57,178 nt of DNA from Methanocella sp. (GTDB lineage: Archaea; Thermoproteota; Bathyarchaeia; Bathyarchaeales; Bathycorpusculaceae). Below are positions 49,651 to 57,178 of the stretch, one piece after another. Where the stretch lies: NCBI GenBank assembly GCA_050261115.1, contig JBLNCY010000051.1, positions 1-57,178 on the forward strand, written 5' to 3'. The position numbers and the translations under genes are program-made. The notes under the pieces are model-generated. The model was given only the letters and a program-made list of their open reading frames with translations, was not told the DNA's origin and ran no database searches. Each line of letters begins with the position of its first letter. The first letter of the stretch is position 1.

Positions 49651-49700
49651 TGCTTTGCCGACTTACCCCCTCCCTTATATATAGACTCAACGACCGCAGA
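49651..49700 (-). repeat. Dispersed intergenic element, copy 4
   Basis: Reverse complement tctgcggtcgttgagTCTATATATAAGGGAGGGggtaagtcggcaaagca; core 49668-49685. Confidence 0.9.
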
Positions 49701-49907
49701 CGGCGAGCAGGGTATGTCAGGCGTTTGTTGGTTCTTGGCAAAGGCTGCTGTGCGACTGCAGGCGGGCTAGAGCGGTTGGCTGCACAACTGCATCCAGATA
49801 GAAACCGCTACAGAGCTAAAACGCTGTCTCTATAGAAGTGTGACTAGTTTTTTGGGTTTCTTAGTCAACAAATAGTATTCTAGCCATTTAATCTGCGGTG
49901 TACCCAG

Positions 49908-50837
49908 ATGGCACAAGTTAATTCCCTTGAGCTTTTGAAATCATTCTCTGACGCCACTGCCGAGCTAATCCGGAAGGTTTCGCGGTCTGTTGTCGCCGTT
50001 AAAGCCCAGATGTCTCGCGGAACAGGCGTTGTTCTCACAGAAGACGGCTATATAGTCACCTGCAACCATGTTCTTGCAGGATGCGGCGCCGTCAAAATCG
50101 GGCAAGGCGAGCGGTCCGTCAAAGCACGAGTCGTAGGCACCGACCCCTACAACGACATCGCCCTCCTCAAAGCCGAAATCGGCGCATTCACTCCCATCGA
50201 ATGGGGCAACAGCGAAAAACTCAACGTAGGCCAATACGCCCTAGCATTGGCAAATCCGTTTAACCGCGCCCAGCCCACCGCCACAAGCGGCATGGTAACC
50301 AGCGTAAATAGCAGCATCCGAGGCTGGAGAGGCGCAACCGCCCTAGAAAACGTTATCGCAACCGACGCCCAGCTAAACCCAGGCTTTAGCGGCGGCCCAC
50401 TCGTCGACGTTGAGGGCAAACTCATCGGCATAAACACCGCCTACGTCTGGCAAAGAGGCATCGCCATACCCGCCAACAAAGTCAAAGCCATAACCGACCG
50501 CCTAATAACTGGAAAAACCCCCCGTAAAGGCTACCTTGGAGTCGTCGCCAACACCGTTGCCATACCCCCAGAAATCGCCGAGCAAGCGGGGCTTGAGCAG
50601 GAAACAGGCGTCATGATCTTTAGCGTCGAAGCAGGCTCCCCCGCACGCAGAGCAGGCCTAGCCATGGGCGATGTGCTCGTACGATTCAACGGCAAACCCG
50701 TCACCGACTTCTACGACCTACCCCGACTACTCGCAGAAGACGTGGTGGGCAAAGACATCAAAATTACCGTCATCCGCAGAGAAACTCTCCTCGAAACAAC
50801 CATTACCCCAACCGCACAAGGAGGCGAACAGGACTGA
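49908..50837 (+). CDS. htrA: HtrA/S1C serine protease with one PDZ domain, no signal peptide
   Basis: TCNHV, DIALLK, TDAQLNPGFSGGPL, IGINT, PDZ with YLGV and GSPA..AGL..GD. Confidence 0.92.
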   Translation: MAQVNSLELLKSFSDATAELIRKVSRSVVAVKAQMSRGTGVVLTEDGYIVTCNHVLAGCGAVKIGQGERSVKARVVGTDPYNDIALLKAEIGAFTPIEWGNSEKLNVGQYALALANPFNRAQPTATSGMVTSVNSSIRGWRGATALENVIATDAQLNPGFSGGPLVDVEGKLIGINTAYVWQRGIAIPANKVKAITDRLITGKTPRKGYLGVVANTVAIPPEIAEQAGLEQETGVMIFSVEAGSPARRAGLAMGDVLVRFNGKPVTDFYDLPRLLAEDVVGKDIKITVIRRETLLETTITPTAQGGEQD

Positions 50838-50965
50838 TAAACCACACACCCCTAGAAATCGACCCGCCGTCCCCGATGCCGGTGCCGCCGTTACGCCGCC
50901 GACCAACCATCATCCCACAATTCAACAACACCCCCTTCCCCTTTGTGCCCCAGATCTGCGACTAA
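50834..50965 (+). CDS. Putative Pro-rich 43-aa peptide coupled to htrA
   Basis: GGAGGCGA RBS in last htrA codons; CTG overlaps the htrA stop (CTGA); oligo-T tract follows. Confidence 0.35.
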   Translation: MINHTPLEIDPPSPMPVPPLRRRPTIIPQFNNTPFPFVPQICD

Positions 50966-51049
50966 GCTACCCCGCTTTTCCCTCTCTGAGGGCCATTTTT
51001 TTGGTTAAGCTTTAAATTATTCAATCCTGCAACCTCTCTACGGATACCC

Positions 51050-52675
51050 GTGCAAGCAACAACCACCCTTGGCCAATACCTTCTTAACACATTCAAAACC
51101 TTAGGCGTCCAAACCGTCTACGGCATCCCAGGCGACTACATAGTCAAATTCTTTAGACAAATCGAGCAAGACCCCCACCTAAAGCTGGTTACGTTGTCGC
51201 ATGAGCCGGCGGTTGGGTTTGCAGCTATCGGCGCAGCAAGAGCCACCCAGAAGCCCCAGGTTGCCTGCGTCACCTACGGTCCAGGCGCACTCAACATGGT
51301 TAACGCTGTCGCCTGTGCCTACGCCGAGCGGGTGCCCTTAATCGTGGTGGCTGGGGGGCCGCCGACGGATGTGCGGGAAACAGGCTTTCTGGTGCATCAC
51401 ACGGTAAAGAGCCACGCTACCCAGCGCGCCGTTTACACGGAGGTCACTGCGAAAGCTGTGGTTCTGGATAACCCCCGGACCGCGGCGGTGCAGGTTTCAG
51501 AGGCGCTTGCGGTCTGCTTAGAGCGTATGCTGCCCGTTTACATCGAGTTGCCAGCGGACTTAGCGGAGGCAACCATGACTGTTTCGCCCTATGTCGCTAA
51601 GCCGCGTCTGCTGCTTCAAGGCCACCTAGAAGACCCCCTCGAATTTGTTACCTCAAGCCTCCAAGAAGCCCAAAAACCCCTATTCATGTATGGGGTGGAA
51701 GCGGTGAGGTTCGGCTTAGTGGACCAAATAGTTGCTGCCGGGGCGGCGCTTAATGTGCCGGTAGTTTCAACAATGCTTGCCCGCGACTACACGCCCAAGG
51801 CAGAGAACTATTTTGGGGTCTACTTAGGGGATGCCGGCAGCGAGGCGGCTAAAGCGGCCGTTGATGCTTCTGACTTTATTTTGCTGCTTGGCGAGGATGT
51901 CTCAGACGTTAACTTTGGCAAGAAAGAGGCGGAGAGGCGAAAAATCGAAATCGCCCGATGCGTATTATCGAAGGTGAAAACGGCGACTCGCGCCTTTGAA
52001 GGAGTAGCCCTCAGCGATATAGTCTCGGAGCTCTCTGGGGTGGCGCCAAAACTGCAGAAATGGTTCCCCCCATCCCCATCAGCCACGCCTGCACCCACGC
52101 AAGATAACCCGCCTGCTGAGCAGGAATCAAGCATCACCCCCGACGGCATAATCACCGTCCTCAACCGCTTCTATAGTGAGCAGGGCGAAATGCCAACGAT
52201 CGCAGACACCGGCGAGCTACTCTTCGCATCCCTAAAACTCAAAACCCAAAGCGTCCTGGGCGCCTCATTCTATGGCAGCATGGGGTTTGCGGTTCCAGTC
52301 GCCATCGGATATGCCCTAGAAACCAAGCGGCGGCCGTTGGTGCTTGTCGGTGACGGCGCTTTTCAGATGACTGGAACAGAAATCTGTCACTGCCCAAAAC
52401 TGGGCATCAACCCCATCTTTGTGGTTAGTGATAATGGGTTGTGGGGTATGGAGCAGCAGTTCCACCCCTCTCCCTTCAACGGCTTGGTAGATTGGCCGTA
52501 TGCAAAGTTAGCCGAGGTCTGGGGCGGCAAAGGCTACACCGCCAAAACTCCACAGGAACTATACGAGGCGCTTGTGGATGCGAAGGCTCAGAAAAGCTTC
52601 TGCCTTATCGAGGTGCATACGGATAGTTCGGTGCCGCCTGAGCCCTTGGCAAAGTATGTTTCAAGCCAACAATAA
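51050..52675 (+). CDS. ipdC: TPP-dependent 2-oxoacid decarboxylase (indolepyruvate/phenylpyruvate type)
   Basis: YGIPGD, SHEPAVGFAA, VTYGPGALN, HH, YGSMGFAVP, GDGAFQMTG...N..W.ME. Confidence 0.8.
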   Translation: MQATTTLGQYLLNTFKTLGVQTVYGIPGDYIVKFFRQIEQDPHLKLVTLSHEPAVGFAAIGAARATQKPQVACVTYGPGALNMVNAVACAYAERVPLIVVAGGPPTDVRETGFLVHHTVKSHATQRAVYTEVTAKAVVLDNPRTAAVQVSEALAVCLERMLPVYIELPADLAEATMTVSPYVAKPRLLLQGHLEDPLEFVTSSLQEAQKPLFMYGVEAVRFGLVDQIVAAGAALNVPVVSTMLARDYTPKAENYFGVYLGDAGSEAAKAAVDASDFILLLGEDVSDVNFGKKEAERRKIEIARCVLSKVKTATRAFEGVALSDIVSELSGVAPKLQKWFPPSPSATPAPTQDNPPAEQESSITPDGIITVLNRFYSEQGEMPTIADTGELLFASLKLKTQSVLGASFYGSMGFAVPVAIGYALETKRRPLVLVGDGAFQMTGTEICHCPKLGINPIFVVSDNGLWGMEQQFHPSPFNGLVDWPYAKLAEVWGGKGYTAKTPQELYEALVDAKAQKSFCLIEVHTDSSVPPEPLAKYVSSQQ

Positions 52676-52693
52676 CCCAAAAATTGGACGGGA

Positions 52694-53716
52694 TCAGGCG
52701 GTTTTTACCGCGCCAACCACCCGTTTAAGAAGCAACTCCGCCGCATCCTGACTCGGCCAGCTACCCAAACCGCAGTCCGGACCCGTAAACGTCATCCGCT
52801 CGCCATACTTCTCCTTCGCCAGCCGATACCGCTTCTGAATGGCCTCCATGGGTTCAACGAGTTGTTCGGATTGGGGTTCGGTTATCCCTTGCTCATAGAG
52901 TTCTGCCCAGATGGCGTCGATGTCGGTTCGGGCGATGCCAACCCGTATCTTCTTATCCGCCTGCTCAAGCATCTGTTTGGAGACGGAGTTGATGTTTTTG
53001 GGTGAAGCAGCATACTCAAAGGACACCACATCCAGCCCCCGTACGGATAGGAGGTCATGGATGCCAGCGGCGAAGTGCAGGTGAATTTGGCGTATGGGGC
53101 CCTGGAAATCGTAGGCTTTCTCAAGAGCACTCTGCACCTGCTCGGGTGTGCCGGCGAAGGGGCTGTGGCCAAAGCTGGGCTCATCTATGGAAATAACTTT
53201 GGTTTCGATGTATTTGCTGTCTAGGATACAGTTTTTGGCGAAGCGGTTAATGGTCTCTGCGAAACCCTCCAGTACGTCGGGGTAAACGGTGGCGCCGATT
53301 TCGTGGAGGTACTGTTCGATGGGGCCAAAGAGGGAGACTCTAAGCAGGATTTTTCGGCCGAATTCTTCGCTTAATTGTTTGGCCTCGCGGTTGAGTACAT
53401 AGATTTCGGGTAGGAAGGCGTATTTTTCTTCGACGACAAAGGAGCCCTCGGCGTTTGCTACATGCATGACGTCGCCGACTTGACGTAGCCCGCTAAAATG
53501 CTGGGGATAATTCACCACATCAAGACCGGTGGCGAGCTTTTTGCGGAAGGATTCCACGACTGTTTGGCAAAACGTTTGTTTTACGAAGGGGTCGCTGTAG
53601 GGGTCTTGGCCCTTGTTTAGCATGTCGCGGGCTGCTTCGTAGGCTTTTGCGTAGTCGTCTCTTTTGATTCCCGCGGGCAGGGGGAAGCTTCCGATATCGT
53701 CAATATATGTCTGCAT
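52694..53716 (-). CDS. Single-domain MetE-like (core methionine synthase) protein
   Basis: DIGSFP, SIDEPS, QIHLH, SFE, GPDCGL.SW. Confidence 0.8.
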   Translation of the reverse strand: MQTYIDDIGSFPLPAGIKRDDYAKAYEAARDMLNKGQDPYSDPFVKQTFCQTVVESFRKKLATGLDVVNYPQHFSGLRQVGDVMHVANAEGSFVVEEKYAFLPEIYVLNREAKQLSEEFGRKILLRVSLFGPIEQYLHEIGATVYPDVLEGFAETINRFAKNCILDSKYIETKVISIDEPSFGHSPFAGTPEQVQSALEKAYDFQGPIRQIHLHFAAGIHDLLSVRGLDVVSFEYAASPKNINSVSKQMLEQADKKIRVGIARTDIDAIWAELYEQGITEPQSEQLVEPMEAIQKRYRLAKEKYGERMTFTGPDCGLGSWPSQDAAELLLKRVVGAVKTA

Positions 53717-53778
53717 AAACTATTAGTGTCAGAGCAAGTCCTTTTAATTATTATCCTAACACTAAACCGCTGAAAGGT

Positions 53779-54216
53779 ATGACATTTATGGTTGGGGACT
53801 GTGTCTTCTGCCAGATTATCCGCAAAGAGGCACCCGCAAGCATCGTCTATGAGGACGACCGAGTTATCGCGTTTCTAAGTAACCGCCCAGTTAATGAGGG
53901 GCACACGTTGGTTGTCCCCAAAAAGCACTATGAGAACATCTATGAAATCCCCGACGAAGAAGTCGCATATGTCTACAAGACGGCTAAGCATATAGCGGTT
54001 GCCGTAAGGGAGGCCATGAAAGCCGAAGGTATTCGGATAGTGCAAAACAATGGTTCTGCGGCGGGGCAGGTTATCTTTCATTTTCATGTGCATGTGATAC
54101 CGATGAAGCCGCATGAGGGGTTCATGCTTGGCAAAGCCTACCGTGACCAAACACAAGGCAGACACCCCGAAATGTTGGACATAGATGCACAGTTAATCCG
54201 CCGGTTCATAAAATAG
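53779..54216 (+). CDS. hit: HIT family nucleotide hydrolase
   Basis: CVFCQI, GHTLVVPKKH, NNG.AAGQ.IFHFHVHVIP. Confidence 0.96.
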   Translation: MTFMVGDCVFCQIIRKEAPASIVYEDDRVIAFLSNRPVNEGHTLVVPKKHYENIYEIPDEEVAYVYKTAKHIAVAVREAMKAEGIRIVQNNGSAAGQVIFHFHVHVIPMKPHEGFMLGKAYRDQTQGRHPEMLDIDAQLIRRFIK

Positions 54217-54234
54217 TCATAAAATAGTTATCAG

Positions 54235-54261
54235 CTGGAGTTGACATTGGGTTAACTCCAG
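54235..54261. other. 11-bp imperfect inverted repeat after hit
   Basis: ctggagttgac-attgg-gttaactccag. Confidence 0.6.
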
Positions 54262-54602
54262 TTCGCAACTATGCAACCTCAGGTTTGCTTAACACTAGAT
54301 GGCGTTCGCTAAACATGCAAAGATGCGTTTTCAAAAATGCTTAATTTTTGTTGCTATGCCCTCATGTGCTAAAGGTAAAGAGAGGTGTCCTCCGCAACAA
54401 AACTGTTAAGCGCTGTCCCCAGCGGCACTAAAAGCGCATCACCAAGCCGCATAAACATAAACAAAAGCATACGGGGCGGCGCATGCGGAAGGTTCCGTCA
54501 ACTCACCTACTGGTGAACAATCATGACTTTCAAGTTTCATCCTATCCTAATTTCAATATACCCAAAAACTGTTAAGACGATAAGGTCACGGAGTGAGCCA
54601 AG

Positions 54603-56108
54603 ATGGTAGAACTATCCCAGCTACTTGCTCCCGCATTTACCCTTATACTGGCAGTGCTTGTTGGGGTAGCTTTCAGTTTTGCACCCGCAAAGACGAGACA
54701 GCGTAAAACTATTCCGTTAATTGCCTTCGCCTTAAGCGTGGGTATAGCTGCGCTTGTCGTGGTCTTTGCTTTCAATCAGACCCTGACCGGAACTATCTAC
54801 ACCATTAGCTTATTCCAAAGTTTTGCCGCTATATTCGAAAATGCCAGCACGGCAATCATAAAATACAACGCTCAACTTGTAGCCGCCATTATCCTAATTG
54901 CAACTATAGAAATTGGATTAACCTCAGGGTTTGGCACCGCGTTTGCTATAGGTAACCGACAGGAAAAACGTCGCGCAACAAAAGCAGAAACCGCCGCTCC
55001 CCCTGCGCCAGCTTCAACCGCTGCCGATCTACCATCCACTCCAATCGCATCGATGCCCTATTCTGGTTCCGCGAAAACCATTGATCCCCCAAGGGACCAA
55101 CAGCTAAGTCGCGATGAACAGAGCTTGATGGAACTCTTCCTTTTTGGAAAAGTCAACCAAATCAACCCCAAAGTTGACCTCAATAAACCCGAAGGTTACT
55201 TCTACGAAGGCATACCCCAGATAGATTGGGATACCAAGCATAGTCGCCAAGTCCTCGATTCGCTGGTTCGGAAGGGCTACTTAACTGCTGAGTTGATAGA
55301 TAAAATTACCCTTTGCCAGACATGTGGCTCAGGCAGCATTCGTCTGGTCAAAGTTTGCCCCGAATGCGGTTCACTCAGACTGCACAAGGAGGGCTTAATT
55401 GAGCATTTCTCCTGCGGCGCTGTAGAACGACAAAGCGCCTTTGAGGGTAAAAACGGCGATTTAATCTGCCCTAAATGCAAAGCTAAGTTAAACCTCATCG
55501 GCTCAGATTACCGCATTCTTCCACCTGCCTACAAGTGCTTGGGCTGCAATACGCTAAACAGTGAACCCAAACTCGTAACAAAATGCGCCGAATGTAGCTC
55601 TACTGCCGAGTTAGATGAAGAACCCGAAATTCTCCTCTACAAATATACCGCTAACCCACAAATGCCCCTAACGGAGCTGCAAAGAATAAAACCCATCGAT
55701 AGCGTCGCACAGTTCTTTAAGTCACTGGGTTACACGATTGTAGCCCCAGCGTTTGTCAGCGGCCGATCAGGCACTCAGCATCTCTTTGACATGCTCATAC
55801 TGGGTCGGGTCGGGTGGATAGAGCCCCAGAAATCAGACGCCACTCCAAATGCACGTAACGACAATGGCAACACAGCGGTCGAAGTCCTCATTTCAGGAAA
55901 ACCCATCAACCTAGGCGAAGTAACACGTATCTACGGCAAAATCAGCGACATAGACACCGACTTTATCCTGTTCGCCATTCCAGGCTTAACTGCTAATGCG
56001 CGCAACTACGCTAAAGCCTACGGCCTTAAAGTCAGCGAAGGAAAAAGCATCGAAGAAGCTCTCGCAAACTCAAAAATCCCTAAAATCCCAGGTGCCAAGC
56101 AAGCATGA
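54603..56108 (+). CDS. Membrane-anchored TackOD1-like multi-zinc-finger protein with C-terminal Mrr-like domain
   Basis: Three N-terminal TMs, Pro/Ala linker, CQTC, CPEC, LIEHFSCG, CPKC..L..IGSDY, CLGC, CAEC; then LGY.I...GRSG.QH.FD...VEV...ARNYAKAYG. Confidence 0.75.
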   Translation: MVELSQLLAPAFTLILAVLVGVAFSFAPAKTRQRKTIPLIAFALSVGIAALVVVFAFNQTLTGTIYTISLFQSFAAIFENASTAIIKYNAQLVAAIILIATIEIGLTSGFGTAFAIGNRQEKRRATKAETAAPPAPASTAADLPSTPIASMPYSGSAKTIDPPRDQQLSRDEQSLMELFLFGKVNQINPKVDLNKPEGYFYEGIPQIDWDTKHSRQVLDSLVRKGYLTAELIDKITLCQTCGSGSIRLVKVCPECGSLRLHKEGLIEHFSCGAVERQSAFEGKNGDLICPKCKAKLNLIGSDYRILPPAYKCLGCNTLNSEPKLVTKCAECSSTAELDEEPEILLYKYTANPQMPLTELQRIKPIDSVAQFFKSLGYTIVAPAFVSGRSGTQHLFDMLILGRVGWIEPQKSDATPNARNDNGNTAVEVLISGKPINLGEVTRIYGKISDIDTDFILFAIPGLTANARNYAKAYGLKVSEGKSIEEALANSKIPKIPGAKQA

Positions 56109-56189
56109 CGCCAGCCACCGCATCCAGCCTCCTCTCCTTTCTCCAACCCCCAGCCTTCTCCAAAGTATGGGTACGCATGGTAGGTTAAG

Positions 56190-57178
56190 ATGCGGCGGCT
56201 AACCCTCCTTTACGGTGCTCTAGTAGTCGTAACATTATCGGTGGCTTGCCTACTTATCGGCACCATCGACATATTGATCGCGATGGCTTGCGGGTTCGGC
56301 GCGGATGTCTATGTTATTTTGCTTGCTAGGCAAAAGAAAAAGATGTTTGTAGGCAGCCGCTTTGCGCCGTTGTTGCTGGTGGCGGTGGTGCCGATTGCGG
56401 CCTGTGCGGCGCTGTTCTTTTTTGGTTACTTAGGCACAAACCTATTAGAAGCGGTGTATCGGGCAGCCACAACTACAGGGTTTAGTATAGCCTTCTTCAT
56501 TACCTCTTACCCCATTATTCCTGCCGCGAAGTTCAAGCATATCGAAGAACACTTGCCAGAAAGCAATACCTCCCCATTGGTTACTGTACTGGTGCCCGCC
56601 TATAACGAGCAGGGCGTCATCTCACGCACCCTTACCAGCCTCCTTAACACCAAGTACGAGAATAAGGAAATCATTGTTATCGACGACGGCTCAAGTGACT
56701 TAACCCGTTTTGTTGCACAGGGCTATGAAAAGCAGGGTGTACGTGTCGTAACCAAACCTAATGGCGGCAAAGCCTCAGCACTAAATTACGGTTTACTCTT
56801 CGCAAAAGGTGACATAGTCGTAACAATCGACGCTGATAGCATGGTCACACGCGACGCTATTGATAAAATCGTGCAAGCCATGGCAAGCGATCCCAACAAT
56901 GTGGCTGTGGCAGGCAACATCAAAGTTCTCAACAGTACTTCAACGCTTACTAAAATTCAGGAACTCGAATACATCATGGCCATCAACACCATACGCCGAG
57001 CCTTCGCACTGTTTGGCGCAGTTATGGTGATTCCGGGCGCTTTTGGCGCGTTCAAAAGGAAAGCCGTCATAGAAGTCGGCGGATATGACACTGACACCGT
57101 CACAGAAGACTTTGACATAACCATCAAACTCCTAAAAACCCGTGGCGCCGTAAGTTCCAGCTCAGCCGCCCATGCCTA
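56190..57178 (+). CDS. GT2 processive glycosyltransferase (IcaA/PgaC-like), runs off window end
   Basis: Not in ORF track. MRRLTLLYG..., N-terminal TMs, VTVLVPAYNE, IDDGSSD, NGGKASALN, IDADS, QELEY, PGAFGAF, VTEDFD. Confidence 0.9.
   Translation, partial: MRRLTLLYGALVVVTLSVACLLIGTIDILIAMACGFGADVYVILLARQKKKMFVGSRFAPLLLVAVVPIAACAALFFFGYLGTNLLEAVYRAATTTGFSIAFFITSYPIIPAAKFKHIEEHLPESNTSPLVTVLVPAYNEQGVISRTLTSLLNTKYENKEIIVIDDGSSDLTRFVAQGYEKQGVRVVTKPNGGKASALNYGLLFAKGDIVVTIDADSMVTRDAIDKIVQAMASDPNNVAVAGNIKVLNSTSTLTKIQELEYIMAINTIRRAFALFGAVMVIPGAFGAFKRKAVIEVGGYDTDTVTEDFDITIKLLKTRGAVSSSSAAHA

Noticed and set aside
5958-49685. 18-bp repeat as a CRISPR array or canonical ORB origin
   Set aside because: Copies are kilobases apart with no spacers or cas genes; no TCCA..GAAA ORB core and no cdc6 in the window.
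1071-56202. Many short antisense or alternate-frame ORFs inside recognised genes
   Set aside because: Fully overlap well-supported CDSs and lack motifs.

Overview
Archaeal chromosomal segment. Gene content (TFB, LSm-L37e, aIF1, twin PurP, HdrCB-MvhGA, DUF35/HMG-CoA synthase, PQQ-like surface protein, TackOD1) points to a TACK lineage, probably Bathyarchaeia (inference, no search run). Mostly housekeeping and energy genes, plus two tRNAs (Gln-UUG, probable Ile2-CAU) and a decayed provirus behind tRNA-Gln. Main observations: (1) an 18-bp element TCTATATATAAGGGAGGG occurs perfectly four times, always intergenic, in both orientations, once between convergent genes, and two copies bracket mre11-rad50; (2) a thiolase that has lost its catalytic Cys/His motifs is coupled to a DUF35-HMG-CoA synthase fusion with an intact active site; (3) a kinase-less cluster of two Cache proteins and a stand-alone 5TMR-LYT protein; (4) a membrane-anchored TackOD1/Mrr-like protein directly upstream of an IcaA/PgaC-like GT2; (5) small ORFs missing from the ORF track. 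All calls rest on motif recognition by eye.
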